This document shows positions 20,408 to 29,885 of a stretch of DNA of 64,000 bases, piece after piece. The stretch's first letter is position 1, and every line of letters starts with the position of its first letter. This DNA is from Calditrichia bacterium. GTDB taxonomy: Bacteria > Calditrichota > Calditrichia > RBG-13-44-9 > J075. Made by a program: the position numbers and the translations under genes. The notes below the pieces were generated by a model. That model made no database searches and had not been told where the DNA came from. It saw only the letters and a program-made list of their open reading frames with translations. The DNA lies in NCBI GenBank assembly GCA_050633245.1, contig JBOEGD010000002.1, forward strand, positions 182,520 through 246,519, read 5' to 3'.

Positions 20408-21643
20408 ATGTCCGGGAATATCATTGCCAAACTGACCATAAGTAAGAATTCAGATCCCGATTGGCACGTCGAACGAGATTTTGGTCAAGAGGTGATCACA
20501 ATTGGACGAGACAACTCTAACACATTGCTTCTGGAAGATGGCAAAAAAATTGTCTCTCGTCAACATGCCAAAATCCAGTTTATTGATGGCGATTACCATC
20601 TTATCGACTGTGGAAGTCGCAATTTTACGTTTCTGAATGATCGTAAGATTACGCCGAATAAACCATGCTTGCTCCGCAGCGGAGATCAGGTAAGAATCAG
20701 TGAGTATATCATACGCTACACGAGTGTTCAGGCTGCCCCTGAATCGAATGCCTACCAGGAAGAAACCGCTCTGCTTGAAAACCCTTTTGGGGAAGACATG
20801 CAGATTATCGCAAATCTGTTAAACAAAGTAAAACGTAAATATGATGTGCACGATCCCAGCATGAGGGACTCTGCCCTGCGGGCAGCATTCCATGAGATGA
20901 TGACCGGGATCGATATTGGCGCTGTTGGTGAGATTATCGGACGGGAACTTGTTCCACAAAACGGCTTTGCCTCCGATGTTCTGCAGTCTGAGCCTATTGT
21001 ACTATCTCCGGAATACGAAGAGCCAGAAGCAGAGGTTGAAGCTGAAGCACCTGCCGTTCACACACCTGATCAGTCTGAGATGATTCTTCCATCCGACACA
21101 TCTACAATGCTGCGCATTGGACAAACTCTTGATATGGTTGCAGGCTCTATGATAAGCATCGTCCGCTCTTCCGAGAATTTCCGCAATAATTTCTTAGGGT
21201 TGCCGATGAGTCGTCTCGCAAGTTCTATTCACGTAATGACCGTTGAAGAATTCAAGGAATTTCTCTTCACCAATTCCATAGCTGAAGAAGAAGCACAGAA
21301 TCGCTTTCAACAGGTGAAACAACAGGTAGACGATTCACTTCAACAATATCAAGCGTTACTGGATGTCTACAAAACGGATCTAAACGATGGCATGCTGCAC
21401 ATGCTTGAATCTCTCAATCCCGACAAGTTAAAACGCGAGTATTCTCAACACAGTGGCTTTATGAAGGTTGTTCCCGGATACGTAAATTCCAGAGTAAATC
21501 AATTCCTGCAAACGAAACTACGCGAACTGCTTGCCGAACAGCGCGATCAGGAAGAGGAAGAAGCATTCCGACCACTTTTTGTAAATACCTATATGGAGAA
21601 ACTTTCCCAGCATGCGGCCGTTCCAGATTATGAGGAATACTAA
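20408..21643 (+). CDS. FHA-domain protein, TagH/Fha1-like
   Basis: FHA signature IGRD...VSRQHA...GSRNFT; C-terminal helical region QYQALL...LESLNPDKL...LFVNTY; AGGAG RBS 8 bp before ATG 20408. Confidence 0.85.
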   Translation: MSGNIIAKLTISKNSDPDWHVERDFGQEVITIGRDNSNTLLLEDGKKIVSRQHAKIQFIDGDYHLIDCGSRNFTFLNDRKITPNKPCLLRSGDQVRISEYIIRYTSVQAAPESNAYQEETALLENPFGEDMQIIANLLNKVKRKYDVHDPSMRDSALRAAFHEMMTGIDIGAVGEIIGRELVPQNGFASDVLQSEPIVLSPEYEEPEAEVEAEAPAVHTPDQSEMILPSDTSTMLRIGQTLDMVAGSMISIVRSSENFRNNFLGLPMSRLASSIHVMTVEEFKEFLFTNSIAEEEAQNRFQQVKQQVDDSLQQYQALLDVYKTDLNDGMLHMLESLNPDKLKREYSQHSGFMKVVPGYVNSRVNQFLQTKLRELLAEQRDQEEEEAFRPLFVNTYMEKLSQHAAVPDYEEY

Positions 21644-21780
21644 GCTGCTTCGAGCATAGAAATAGCGTCTGGTAGGAATCCAGACGTGAAATTGAGTAGA
21701 TGGAGCGCCTCCCAAAATCCGGCACTGCAACTCACCGCCTGTTAAGCAGTGATTCCGGACAAAATTATACAGGTTGATTT

Positions 21781-21816
21781 TTGCGATATTGTTGCCCTGC
21801 GTATATATTTGCAGGG
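21781..21816 (+). promoter_or_regulatory. Putative sigma70 promoter overlapped by an inverted repeat
   Basis: TTGCGA-17 bp-TATATT; CCCTGC-GTATATATTT-GCAGGG (21795-21816) spans the -10 box. Confidence 0.5.
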
Positions 21817-21900
21817 TATATTTCGAATAGAAACAGTTGAAATACAAATCGAAGCTACCAAAAGTAGATTCGTTTTTTGTTACAGGAGTAGTATCGCTTC

Positions 21901-23898
21901 ATGCAGAAACTGGTCGGCAAAACCATTGACAACTACAAAATCCTCGGCGTTATTGGACGTGGAGGTATGGGAACAGTCTATAAGGCTCTCGATCAGAGTC
22001 TGGACAAGCATGTTGCCCTAAAGATGATTGAGCCGCGCCTTATTGAGAATAAGAACTTTCTCAAGCGCTTTCTTGAAGAGCCGAAACTCCAGGCCAAACT
22101 CGAAAGTCCCTACATCGTTCGCGTCAACGCCTTTCGAGAGAGCAACGAAACCCTCTTTATTGTCATGGAATTTGTCGATGGTGCAACACTGGCGCAAAAG
22201 CTGCGGCAAAGCGGTGCCATGCACTGGACAAAAGCCCTCCCCATCTTCAAGCAAATGCTTCTTGCCATTGGCCATGCCCACAAAGTTGGTGTGATCCACC
22301 GGGATATTAAACCCGGGAACGTTCTTATTGCTAAAGACGACTCGGTTAAAGTTACCGATTTTGGACTGGCGAAATTCCAGCAGCATGGCGACATCACCGT
22401 TACCAAGGCTGTCGCCGGAACGGTAAAATATATGTCTCCCGAGCAGGTTCGCGGCTTGTCTAACGTAGACCATCGCGGTGATATATATGCTCTGGGTATT
22501 ACTCTTTATGAAATGCTTGCCGGTCGTGTGCCTTTTCTAAAAGAAGGTGCAGACTATGCCGTACTAAAGGCGATCGTTGAAGATCAACCGCCTCCGCCAA
22601 CACAATTCAATGGCGCAATTCCGCAGGTTTTAGAAGATATCGTTATGAAGTCGCTGCGCAAAGACGCCAATGAACGTTTTCAAACAGCCGAAGAAATGCT
22701 GGAGGCGGTAGAGCGCTTCGAACAAAGCAGCGATGAACAAGGGACCGTTGGAAGAACCCAACAAATGGCCCCCACAATTACCATTCTGAAAGATATCGCG
22801 CAGAACCCGGTAAATCTTAAGTGGGTAGCGCTTCCGATAATTGCCGTAATGGTAGCTTTGGCAGGTTGGCTTGTTGGTCCTCCACTACTGGAATTCATAT
22901 TTCCCGCGCAAAAGTTTGCTTCTCTGGATATCCGTTCGGAACCTTCGGGGGCAGTGGTCTATTTTGACAACATTCCTCAAGGAAAAACCCCGTTTCAAAC
23001 AGACAGCGTCGAAACCAACATTATTGATATTCGCGTTGAAAAGGCAGGATTTGGTTATTGGGAAAAAAAGAACGTCCTGTTCGAAGCCGGTCAAAGCGTG
23101 GAGTTTTCTCCGACACTCATCGAAGGAGCTGCTTCGGTCTACGGAAGCCTGAAAATTGATTCCGACCCTACAGGTGCAATCGTATGGCTAAACGGCAAAC
23201 AGGTTGGCAAAACACCATTTTCCAGTGACAGCCTGCCAACGCAGGATTATCTTGTAAGACTGTCGAAGAACGGCTTCGAAGAGTTTCGTGAAACAATATC
23301 CCTTAGCGCAGATCAACCGGAGAACATGTCCGCTTTTCTTGTTAAAGTACCGGTAACAACCCGGCAGCCGCAAACCGGAAGCACCGGTAGTACCCAAAAC
23401 TCCACTAAAGATCCATTTCTTGCGAAGCCACCGAGTAATATCGGCCAGCTTGAGCTACGCCTGGAGCCATCGGGAAGTATTTTTGTTAATGGTGGCCATA
23501 AAGCCCGTTCAGACGATGAACCTGCTACCGCATCCGTTGCAGTTGATAAAGGTGAGCACAAAGTTCGTTTTGTTCACCCGCAATACGGGTCACGCGACTT
23601 TTCTCTGTCTGTAGATCGGGGAGAAACAAAGTCGCTTACCTGCTACTTTGAATCTTTTCTAAATATTCAATCATTGGATGAAAACGGCAGCTCGTTTTTT
23701 TCATATCTTGTTATCAATGGTGAAAATACCGGAGTGCCAACCCCGATAGCGAATTACCCGCTTGGGCCGGGCACTTACCGAATTTCGGTGCGTCGTTTGG
23801 GTTATCATACCGTTGAAGACGATAAAGTCATTACGGTAACACCTCGCAGAAACAAGCCAAAAACACAGAAATTGGTGTTTACACTCGAAAAAGAGTAG
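21901..23898 (+). CDS. Hanks-type Ser/Thr protein kinase with TM helix and PEGA domains
   Basis: GRGGMG, VALK, HRDIKPGN, DFG, GTVKYMSPEQ; TM WVALPIIAVMVALAGWLVG; SEPSGAVVY and SDPTGAIVW PEGA repeats. Confidence 0.95.
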   Translation: MQKLVGKTIDNYKILGVIGRGGMGTVYKALDQSLDKHVALKMIEPRLIENKNFLKRFLEEPKLQAKLESPYIVRVNAFRESNETLFIVMEFVDGATLAQKLRQSGAMHWTKALPIFKQMLLAIGHAHKVGVIHRDIKPGNVLIAKDDSVKVTDFGLAKFQQHGDITVTKAVAGTVKYMSPEQVRGLSNVDHRGDIYALGITLYEMLAGRVPFLKEGADYAVLKAIVEDQPPPPTQFNGAIPQVLEDIVMKSLRKDANERFQTAEEMLEAVERFEQSSDEQGTVGRTQQMAPTITILKDIAQNPVNLKWVALPIIAVMVALAGWLVGPPLLEFIFPAQKFASLDIRSEPSGAVVYFDNIPQGKTPFQTDSVETNIIDIRVEKAGFGYWEKKNVLFEAGQSVEFSPTLIEGAASVYGSLKIDSDPTGAIVWLNGKQVGKTPFSSDSLPTQDYLVRLSKNGFEEFRETISLSADQPENMSAFLVKVPVTTRQPQTGSTGSTQNSTKDPFLAKPPSNIGQLELRLEPSGSIFVNGGHKARSDDEPATASVAVDKGEHKVRFVHPQYGSRDFSLSVDRGETKSLTCYFESFLNIQSLDENGSSFFSYLVINGENTGVPTPIANYPLGPGTYRISVRRLGYHTVEDDKVITVTPRRNKPKTQKLVFTLEKE

Positions 23899-24019
23899 AC
23901 GCAGATCACATTACCCCCTTCCAAACTCCCCCAGTTGCGCCGAGTCACAGTTCTTGCTGACCGCGAGAATGTATCTTAACTCAGATCAACTATTCAGGAA
24001 GAACTTCAGGAGGTATAAA

Positions 24020-25081
24020 ATGCGTAAGAAACCCATTTTGAAACAGAGCAAGCTGGCACTCATCGCGCTTCTTGCCGCTATCATGGTATTAGGAGTTGCT
24101 ATTACAAGTACCGATGCACTAACGACGTTTCAGTCCGAAGACATTCTCAATGACGCGATTGAGAATTATAATTCTGCCAATTACGATGCGGCGATCAATG
24201 CCTTGCGACCACTTGCGGATGATGAAGGCGCAGACCTCGAGCATCGCAAAGATGCGCTGCGCTATTTGGGACGCTGTTATGTTGCCACACGCCACAATCA
24301 AAAAGCAAAGGCTGCATTAGAAAAGCTGATTGTTCTGGAACCACCTTTGATAGAATTTGATCCAGATCGCGAATCCCCACCGCTGATGAAAGTATATTAT
24401 CAGGCGCGTAAGAAGAAATCCAACTCGTATCAGCTTGAGCGTAAAGATCCGGGTATCAAAACAATTGCCATTATGGACTTTCGCAATAGCTCCATCACGG
24501 ATAAAGAAAAGTTTGATCCGATGGAAAAGGGTTTTTCCGATATCCTGATCAGTCGCCTCAATGGCCAAACAGACCTAAAAGTTGTTGAGCGTGAACGACT
24601 ACAGTGGATTATTCAGGAACTCGAAATTCAGAATAAATATGGTATGGAAGGCGCCGTTCGCGCCGGTAAGCAACTTGGCGTACATGTCGTAGTATTTGGC
24701 AGCTATATCATTGTTGACGATAAGATCTGGCTTAGTGCTCGCCTGGTTAAGGTAGAAAGCAGCGAGATCCTCTTCACAACCGACGTGAAAGGCAAGCCGG
24801 GAGAGTTTTTCGACCTGACCGAACAGCTGAGCCAGAAGATCCGCAAGGCAATTGATGGTGGAAAGCTAAGTAAAGCCAGCGGCCCGTCAAAGACCACCAA
24901 TTCGCTGGAAGCCATTCTTTCTTATTCAGAAGGTCTCGAGCTGCTTGAACGCGGAGAATATGCCGATGCGCATCAGAAATTCCAAAAGGCATTAGAACAC
25001 GACCCAGGATACGAAAAGGCAAAATTGAAATCCGACAGCATCAAGGACTTGCTCATCTATTCTGAGAATGAGACATATTAA
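24020..25081 (+). CDS. Secreted TPR + CsgG/TolB-N-like domain protein
   Basis: AGGAGG RBS; N-terminal hydrophobic signal; IAIMDFRN...LKVVERERL...GKQLG...ARLVKVESSEI; C-terminal TPR. Confidence 0.85.
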   Translation: MRKKPILKQSKLALIALLAAIMVLGVAITSTDALTTFQSEDILNDAIENYNSANYDAAINALRPLADDEGADLEHRKDALRYLGRCYVATRHNQKAKAALEKLIVLEPPLIEFDPDRESPPLMKVYYQARKKKSNSYQLERKDPGIKTIAIMDFRNSSITDKEKFDPMEKGFSDILISRLNGQTDLKVVERERLQWIIQELEIQNKYGMEGAVRAGKQLGVHVVVFGSYIIVDDKIWLSARLVKVESSEILFTTDVKGKPGEFFDLTEQLSQKIRKAIDGGKLSKASGPSKTTNSLEAILSYSEGLELLERGEYADAHQKFQKALEHDPGYEKAKLKSDSIKDLLIYSENETY

Positions 25082-25208
25082 ATAAGATTGCACTTAAATG
25101 ACAAAGTCGATACCTTCGGGAAAGACTTTGTCATTTCCCGGTTTTCAACTCAGGAATACTAATCTAAGTGGCCCTCTCACCGCCACTCTTTGTGGAAGGA
25201 TTATTTAC

Positions 25209-26549
25209 ATGTCTGCAAACGCACCCGCTATAATTGCGCGCTTTTCTCTGCTTTGCTTTCTTACGCTGATACTAAGCTGTACATCAGTGAAGTTTCAGGA
25301 GAATGTCGATGACTATAAAGAAGAAATCAGCGAGCTTAATGAGCAGCTGCGAGAGAATCCGCAAAACGCCGAAGCACTGCGGGACCTCGGTGCAATCTAT
25401 TTTCAAACCCGACAGTATGAAGATGCCCGAATTTATCTGCAAAAAGCTGCCAAGCAAGATCTTAACGATCCGAAGACACTGTTTTATCTTGGCCTCTCCA
25501 TGGAGTTTGACGGCAAGGAAGATACTGCACTCAAGTTTTATCGCAACTACACAAAAACGCCCCGCACTTCGCCTTATCGCAGGTTAATGGAAGGGCGTTA
25601 TCACTGGATTAAAAAGGAAATGGCTGCTGCAGAAGCAAAACGTATTGTAAAAGCATCTCTGCAGGATTCAGTAAGTGCCGGTGCCATCGATTCTGATGCC
25701 CTGGCGGTATTTCCAATGCTGTATCGCGGGTCTGAAGAACGATTTGCTCCACTTGGGGTCGGGCTTAGCGAGATGGTAATTATCGACCTCGGCCGCATTT
25801 CTTCATTGACTCTCGTAGAGCGTATTCGCATTCAGGAAGTGCTTCGTGAACTCGACTTTGCAAAAAACACCTATGCCGATCCCGCAACCAGTCCACGCAC
25901 CGGTCGCCTGTTGGGCGCATCACGCGTGGTAAGCGGCGTATTCAACGTGCTGCGTTCCGAACAGCTAATAGTAGATGCCTCGTCGTGGGATCTTGCACAG
26001 CGCCAGGAACCGGCAATTATCAATCGTGAGAATGAACTGACTCGCCTCTTTGAACTTGAAAAAGAAATCGTATTCGATATCATTAAGCAGCTTGGTATTC
26101 AGCCCACACCCGCAGAACGTGAACAAATCATGCTGGTTCCAACGCGAGACATGAAGGCATTTCTCGAGTATTGTAAAGGATTGGAACGTGAAGATGATCG
26201 ATCTTACAATACTGCAGTCGGACACTATGAAGCGGCCTTGAAGATCGACCCAAAGTTTGAGCTGGCCCGACAGCGCGCTGAACGGGCCCGCAGTCTGGCT
26301 GAAGCTGGTGGCAGCAAAGAAGACGCAGCCGATACCGCCGGGAATATCGGCAACAAAGGTGGCGGTGGAAAAGATTCACCGGGAGTTGGTGGTTTGGAAG
26401 ACCTTATCGGCAGCCGTATCAACACCATTGGCTCAACGATCGGCTCAACATTCAACCCGGGAGAAGATACTCGCAATCCGGGTGAAGAGATACTCGGTTC
26501 AGGACTAACAGAACTCCCTGTTCCGCCCGATCCACCAGCAAATGACTAA
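25209..26549 (+). CDS. Lipoprotein with TPR + CsgG/TolB-N-like domain
   Basis: Lipobox ILS-C; TPRs; LAVFP...LTLVERIRI...GRLLGASRVVSG; C-terminal TPR and Gly/Pro-rich tail. Confidence 0.85.
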   Translation: MSANAPAIIARFSLLCFLTLILSCTSVKFQENVDDYKEEISELNEQLRENPQNAEALRDLGAIYFQTRQYEDARIYLQKAAKQDLNDPKTLFYLGLSMEFDGKEDTALKFYRNYTKTPRTSPYRRLMEGRYHWIKKEMAAAEAKRIVKASLQDSVSAGAIDSDALAVFPMLYRGSEERFAPLGVGLSEMVIIDLGRISSLTLVERIRIQEVLRELDFAKNTYADPATSPRTGRLLGASRVVSGVFNVLRSEQLIVDASSWDLAQRQEPAIINRENELTRLFELEKEIVFDIIKQLGIQPTPAEREQIMLVPTRDMKAFLEYCKGLEREDDRSYNTAVGHYEAALKIDPKFELARQRAERARSLAEAGGSKEDAADTAGNIGNKGGGGKDSPGVGGLEDLIGSRINTIGSTIGSTFNPGEDTRNPGEEILGSGLTELPVPPDPPAND

Positions 26550-26592
26550 GATCGTTTTCATGCAAAGAAAAGTGTCAATGGAGAATCGTACA

Positions 26593-27729
26593 ATGCGCTA
26601 CCTATTATTCCTGTTAACAGCACTGATGTGCACCACGCTGTTTGCAGACGAAAGCGGAGTTTTTGAGAAAAGGCGTTCGCTGACTATATCACCGATCTAT
26701 CAGAATTGGAATGTTGAACTTGATAATCGCAGCGTTTCACTCTCAGAAACTTCCAATTTAGTCTCGTTTTATGTCCCCGTAAACGAACGGGTAAACTTTA
26801 CTATCAGCGGAATGCAGGCGTATGTCTCCAATGACGGTGTTATAACAACAAACACAGCTGCAATAGACAATTTCTTTGGAATAAACGACGTACAGCTCGC
26901 CGGAAATATATACGTGCCGAACATTCGGGCCGTCTTTGGACTAAAAGCCAATTTACCGACCGGCAAGCGAGACTTTGTAGCAGGTGACTATTTAACGCTG
27001 ACAGATCTGAGCAATCCGGCTTTTCGTTTTCGGGTTCCATCCTTCGGCCAGGGACTGAACCTTTCGCCAAGCGTGATTATTGCGCAACCAGCTGGTGAGT
27101 CCGTTGTTCTCGGCTTCGGATTATCATATACCTATCGCGGTGCTTTTTCACCTTTCGATGACCAGGAAGATGTTGATTTAAATCCCGGCGATGAGTTTCT
27201 GGCAACAGCCGGCTTTGATTATCGAATTAACCAAGTTGCCAAATTTGCCACAGACGTCACGTTCGGACTTTATAGCAAAGACAGCTTTAGCCAGGATGGC
27301 GGTGGCTCAGAAGACGTGTTCCAGGCCGGTAATCGTCTGCGCGTTAACAGCGCTTACAAGCACTACTTCGGCTACAATATTCTTCAGATCAAGGGGATTT
27401 TTCGAACAGAAGCCAAAAACGAGCTGTTAACCATCCCTAATCCTTCCGATACCGAAACGATTCCCGGCAGCGTTCACCTTATAGCTTCATTCGCACAGCG
27501 CATCTCGCAATTGCTTACCCTGGGCTATTCTGTAGACTCACGTTTCTACCAGGATAACGGCACCACATTCTCCGGCGGCCCAATGTTTGGATTTGCACTT
27601 AGCCCACAGCTCTCTTTCTCGAAAGACATGAGCATGCCTATTCTGCTGCGCTTCAGGACGGCGAGTTACAACAATGACGTTTCAATGACTGGCTTTGAGG
27701 CCGGGCTCGGAATTAACTTCCGCTTTTAA
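26593..27729 (+). CDS. Outer-membrane beta-barrel protein
   Basis: Signal peptide ending LFA-D; alternating amphipathic strands; C-terminal GLGINFRF. Confidence 0.8.
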   Translation: MRYLLFLLTALMCTTLFADESGVFEKRRSLTISPIYQNWNVELDNRSVSLSETSNLVSFYVPVNERVNFTISGMQAYVSNDGVITTNTAAIDNFFGINDVQLAGNIYVPNIRAVFGLKANLPTGKRDFVAGDYLTLTDLSNPAFRFRVPSFGQGLNLSPSVIIAQPAGESVVLGFGLSYTYRGAFSPFDDQEDVDLNPGDEFLATAGFDYRINQVAKFATDVTFGLYSKDSFSQDGGGSEDVFQAGNRLRVNSAYKHYFGYNILQIKGIFRTEAKNELLTIPNPSDTETIPGSVHLIASFAQRISQLLTLGYSVDSRFYQDNGTTFSGGPMFGFALSPQLSFSKDMSMPILLRFRTASYNNDVSMTGFEAGLGINFRF

Positions 27730-27740
27730 TATATTCGCTC

Positions 27741-27763
27741 TTCGCTGCACGACGTGCAGCGAA
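27741..27763. terminator. Hairpin closing the kinase-CsgG-barrel cluster
   Basis: TTCGCTGCACG-A-CGTGCAGCGAA, 11-bp perfect arms, no U tail. Confidence 0.5.
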
Positions 27764-27845
27764 ACCTGCTCTCCGGAATCCCCTCACTTGATCATCTATT
27801 CGCACTTCCGTATACTTTAGAAGAACCCACATACACGGAGCCGCA

Positions 27846-29789
27846 ATGAAACACGTCATGCTAATTCTATGCTGTGCCATGTCCATCCTTTCTGCTCAAA
27901 ACGATCGTATGATACAAATAAAAGTTGATCGTGCCGAAACCATTGAAAAATTAATCGCACAGAACCACATCATCCCAGATATAAAGTCGTTTACAAACAA
28001 ACAGGGAAGGCTGGAAGTTGAGTGGCTCAATGAGAATGGCTACGTAACAGTTATCGGTAGCCCATCGCTAGTCAAGCAGCTTAAATACCATGGCTACACG
28101 GTTTTATCCAACAAGCCATATATCAAAAAAACTCCGGCATATTCTGCAAATAGTAACTATCCGCTCCAATTTGGCTGGCCACGTATCATGAGCGGCTGGC
28201 CAGCGGTATATGGACAGGCGACTACCGTTGCAGACTTCAATGGGAACGGCGATCTGGAGCTATTCTTGTCCAACATAGAGGGATTCATGTATATGTGGCG
28301 AAACAACGGCACGTTTGTTTTGGGCTATCCTTTATCACCTTTAAACAATGGCTGGAGCACCGCCTCGCGTGAGGGCGCTGCCGCCGGAGACATCAATGGT
28401 GACGGTATTCTGGAAGCCGTATTGGGGCAGGCGGTTGGGTTGCTGCGCGCAAATCAATACACAAGCCTGCCGTTAAACGGTTTTCCACATCAATTGGGCA
28501 CTTGGATTTGGACAAATGAGCCGGCATTATACGACTTTGACGATGACGGTCGTGATGAGATAGTGCTTGTAACCTATGAATACCCCAGCGCTGTCCCGGA
28601 AGGTCCTGCTGAAATCCATGTTCTAAATGAGGATCTGACAGAGCTTCCCGGCTGGCCACAACAGATGCTGCAACATTCCGAATCATCCCCGGCAATAGGC
28701 GACATCGATGGCGATGGTTTAATGGAGATCGTTGTCGGAAGCGGTCAAAGTACTGCCAACGACATAGCCGGCGAACTGCTCGCGTTTAACCACGATGGAA
28801 GCGTGTGCAGTGGGTTTCCAATTTTGGTTGGGCCGGATGTTAATGCCAGTCCCGCTCTTTATGATATAGATATGAATGGCACGCTGGATATCCTGATACG
28901 CATTAAGCCGGATACCGGAGCAAATGGCATTTACGCCTTCGATGGCACTGGACAATCCCTGCCGGGGTTTCCGGCTGTTCTAACGCGAGGCGGGTCAAAG
29001 AACGGCGTTCCGGCAATCGCCGATGTAAACGGAGACGGGCTTCCGGAGATCGCCTACGGCACTGTAGAAGCAGTAGATTCTGCCCGGGTTTGGCTATTCA
29101 GCAATAGCGGCCAGATTATACCCGGTTTTCCGAAACCGGTATTTGCAACCTGGGTTGAAGAGTCTGTAGTACTAGAGGATGTATCCGGAGACGGATTGGC
29201 AGATATTATTTGCGGCACTAATGGTGTGGGCAGTGACTATGCCCAACTTTGGGCCTTCGATTATCAGGGGAATGTAATCCCCGACTTTCCAATTCAGATA
29301 AATGAAACGTTCAGCACGCTGGAAACAACGCCCACAGTTATAGACTTTGACAATGATGGTGATACGGAAATTATCACCGCGTCGCACGACGGCACGGTGT
29401 ATGTCTTTGATACCCCGGGCATTCCGGCAGCATCGTCATGGCCGATGTTCAAGTTCAACCATCAAAGACAAAGCAGCAACACAACTTCAATTACCGGTAT
29501 TTCATCCGTCTTCTCCCCTACTCCGCAGCGTGCAGAGCTTCTTCCGACCTACCCGAATCCATTTAATCCATCCACCACTATTCGCTATCGGCTTGCCACA
29601 GCCAAAACGGTTCACATATCAATCTACAACGTGCTGGGCAAAAAACTCGTCACGCTGTTAAACGGAGAACAACAAGCAGGTGAACACGAACTGCTCTTCG
29701 ACGCAAGTAATTATCCGTCCGGTATTTATCTCATTTCCCTGTATGCCGATGGACAATCGTTTATTCAGAAAGCACTCCTCAGCAGATAA
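27846..29789 (+). CDS. Secreted FG-GAP/VCBS propeller protein with Por/T9SS type-A-like tail
   Basis: Signal peptide; repeats SSPAIGDIDGDG...GFP; SSWPMFKFN; TYPNPFNPST tail. Confidence 0.88.
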   Translation: MKHVMLILCCAMSILSAQNDRMIQIKVDRAETIEKLIAQNHIIPDIKSFTNKQGRLEVEWLNENGYVTVIGSPSLVKQLKYHGYTVLSNKPYIKKTPAYSANSNYPLQFGWPRIMSGWPAVYGQATTVADFNGNGDLELFLSNIEGFMYMWRNNGTFVLGYPLSPLNNGWSTASREGAAAGDINGDGILEAVLGQAVGLLRANQYTSLPLNGFPHQLGTWIWTNEPALYDFDDDGRDEIVLVTYEYPSAVPEGPAEIHVLNEDLTELPGWPQQMLQHSESSPAIGDIDGDGLMEIVVGSGQSTANDIAGELLAFNHDGSVCSGFPILVGPDVNASPALYDIDMNGTLDILIRIKPDTGANGIYAFDGTGQSLPGFPAVLTRGGSKNGVPAIADVNGDGLPEIAYGTVEAVDSARVWLFSNSGQIIPGFPKPVFATWVEESVVLEDVSGDGLADIICGTNGVGSDYAQLWAFDYQGNVIPDFPIQINETFSTLETTPTVIDFDNDGDTEIITASHDGTVYVFDTPGIPAASSWPMFKFNHQRQSSNTTSITGISSVFSPTPQRAELLPTYPNPFNPSTTIRYRLATAKTVHISIYNVLGKKLVTLLNGEQQAGEHELLFDASNYPSGIYLISLYADGQSFIQKALLSR

Positions 29790-29885
29790 AAGAGGTGATT
29801 TTTTAGAAACCTTTCGACTTTTTTGGGATCTCTCCGTAGTTTTAGCGTTTACAAAACAGATCATTACTATTATGGAGAGAGAGAT

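Noticed and set aside
21797-21814. LexA SOS box
   Set aside because: CTG...CAG spacing is 12 bp rather than the 10 bp of the E. coli-type box; kept only as a generic operator candidate
24020-26549. Curli biogenesis locus
   Set aside because: No CsgA/B repeat proteins or CsgE/F; the CsgG-like domains are embedded between TPRs
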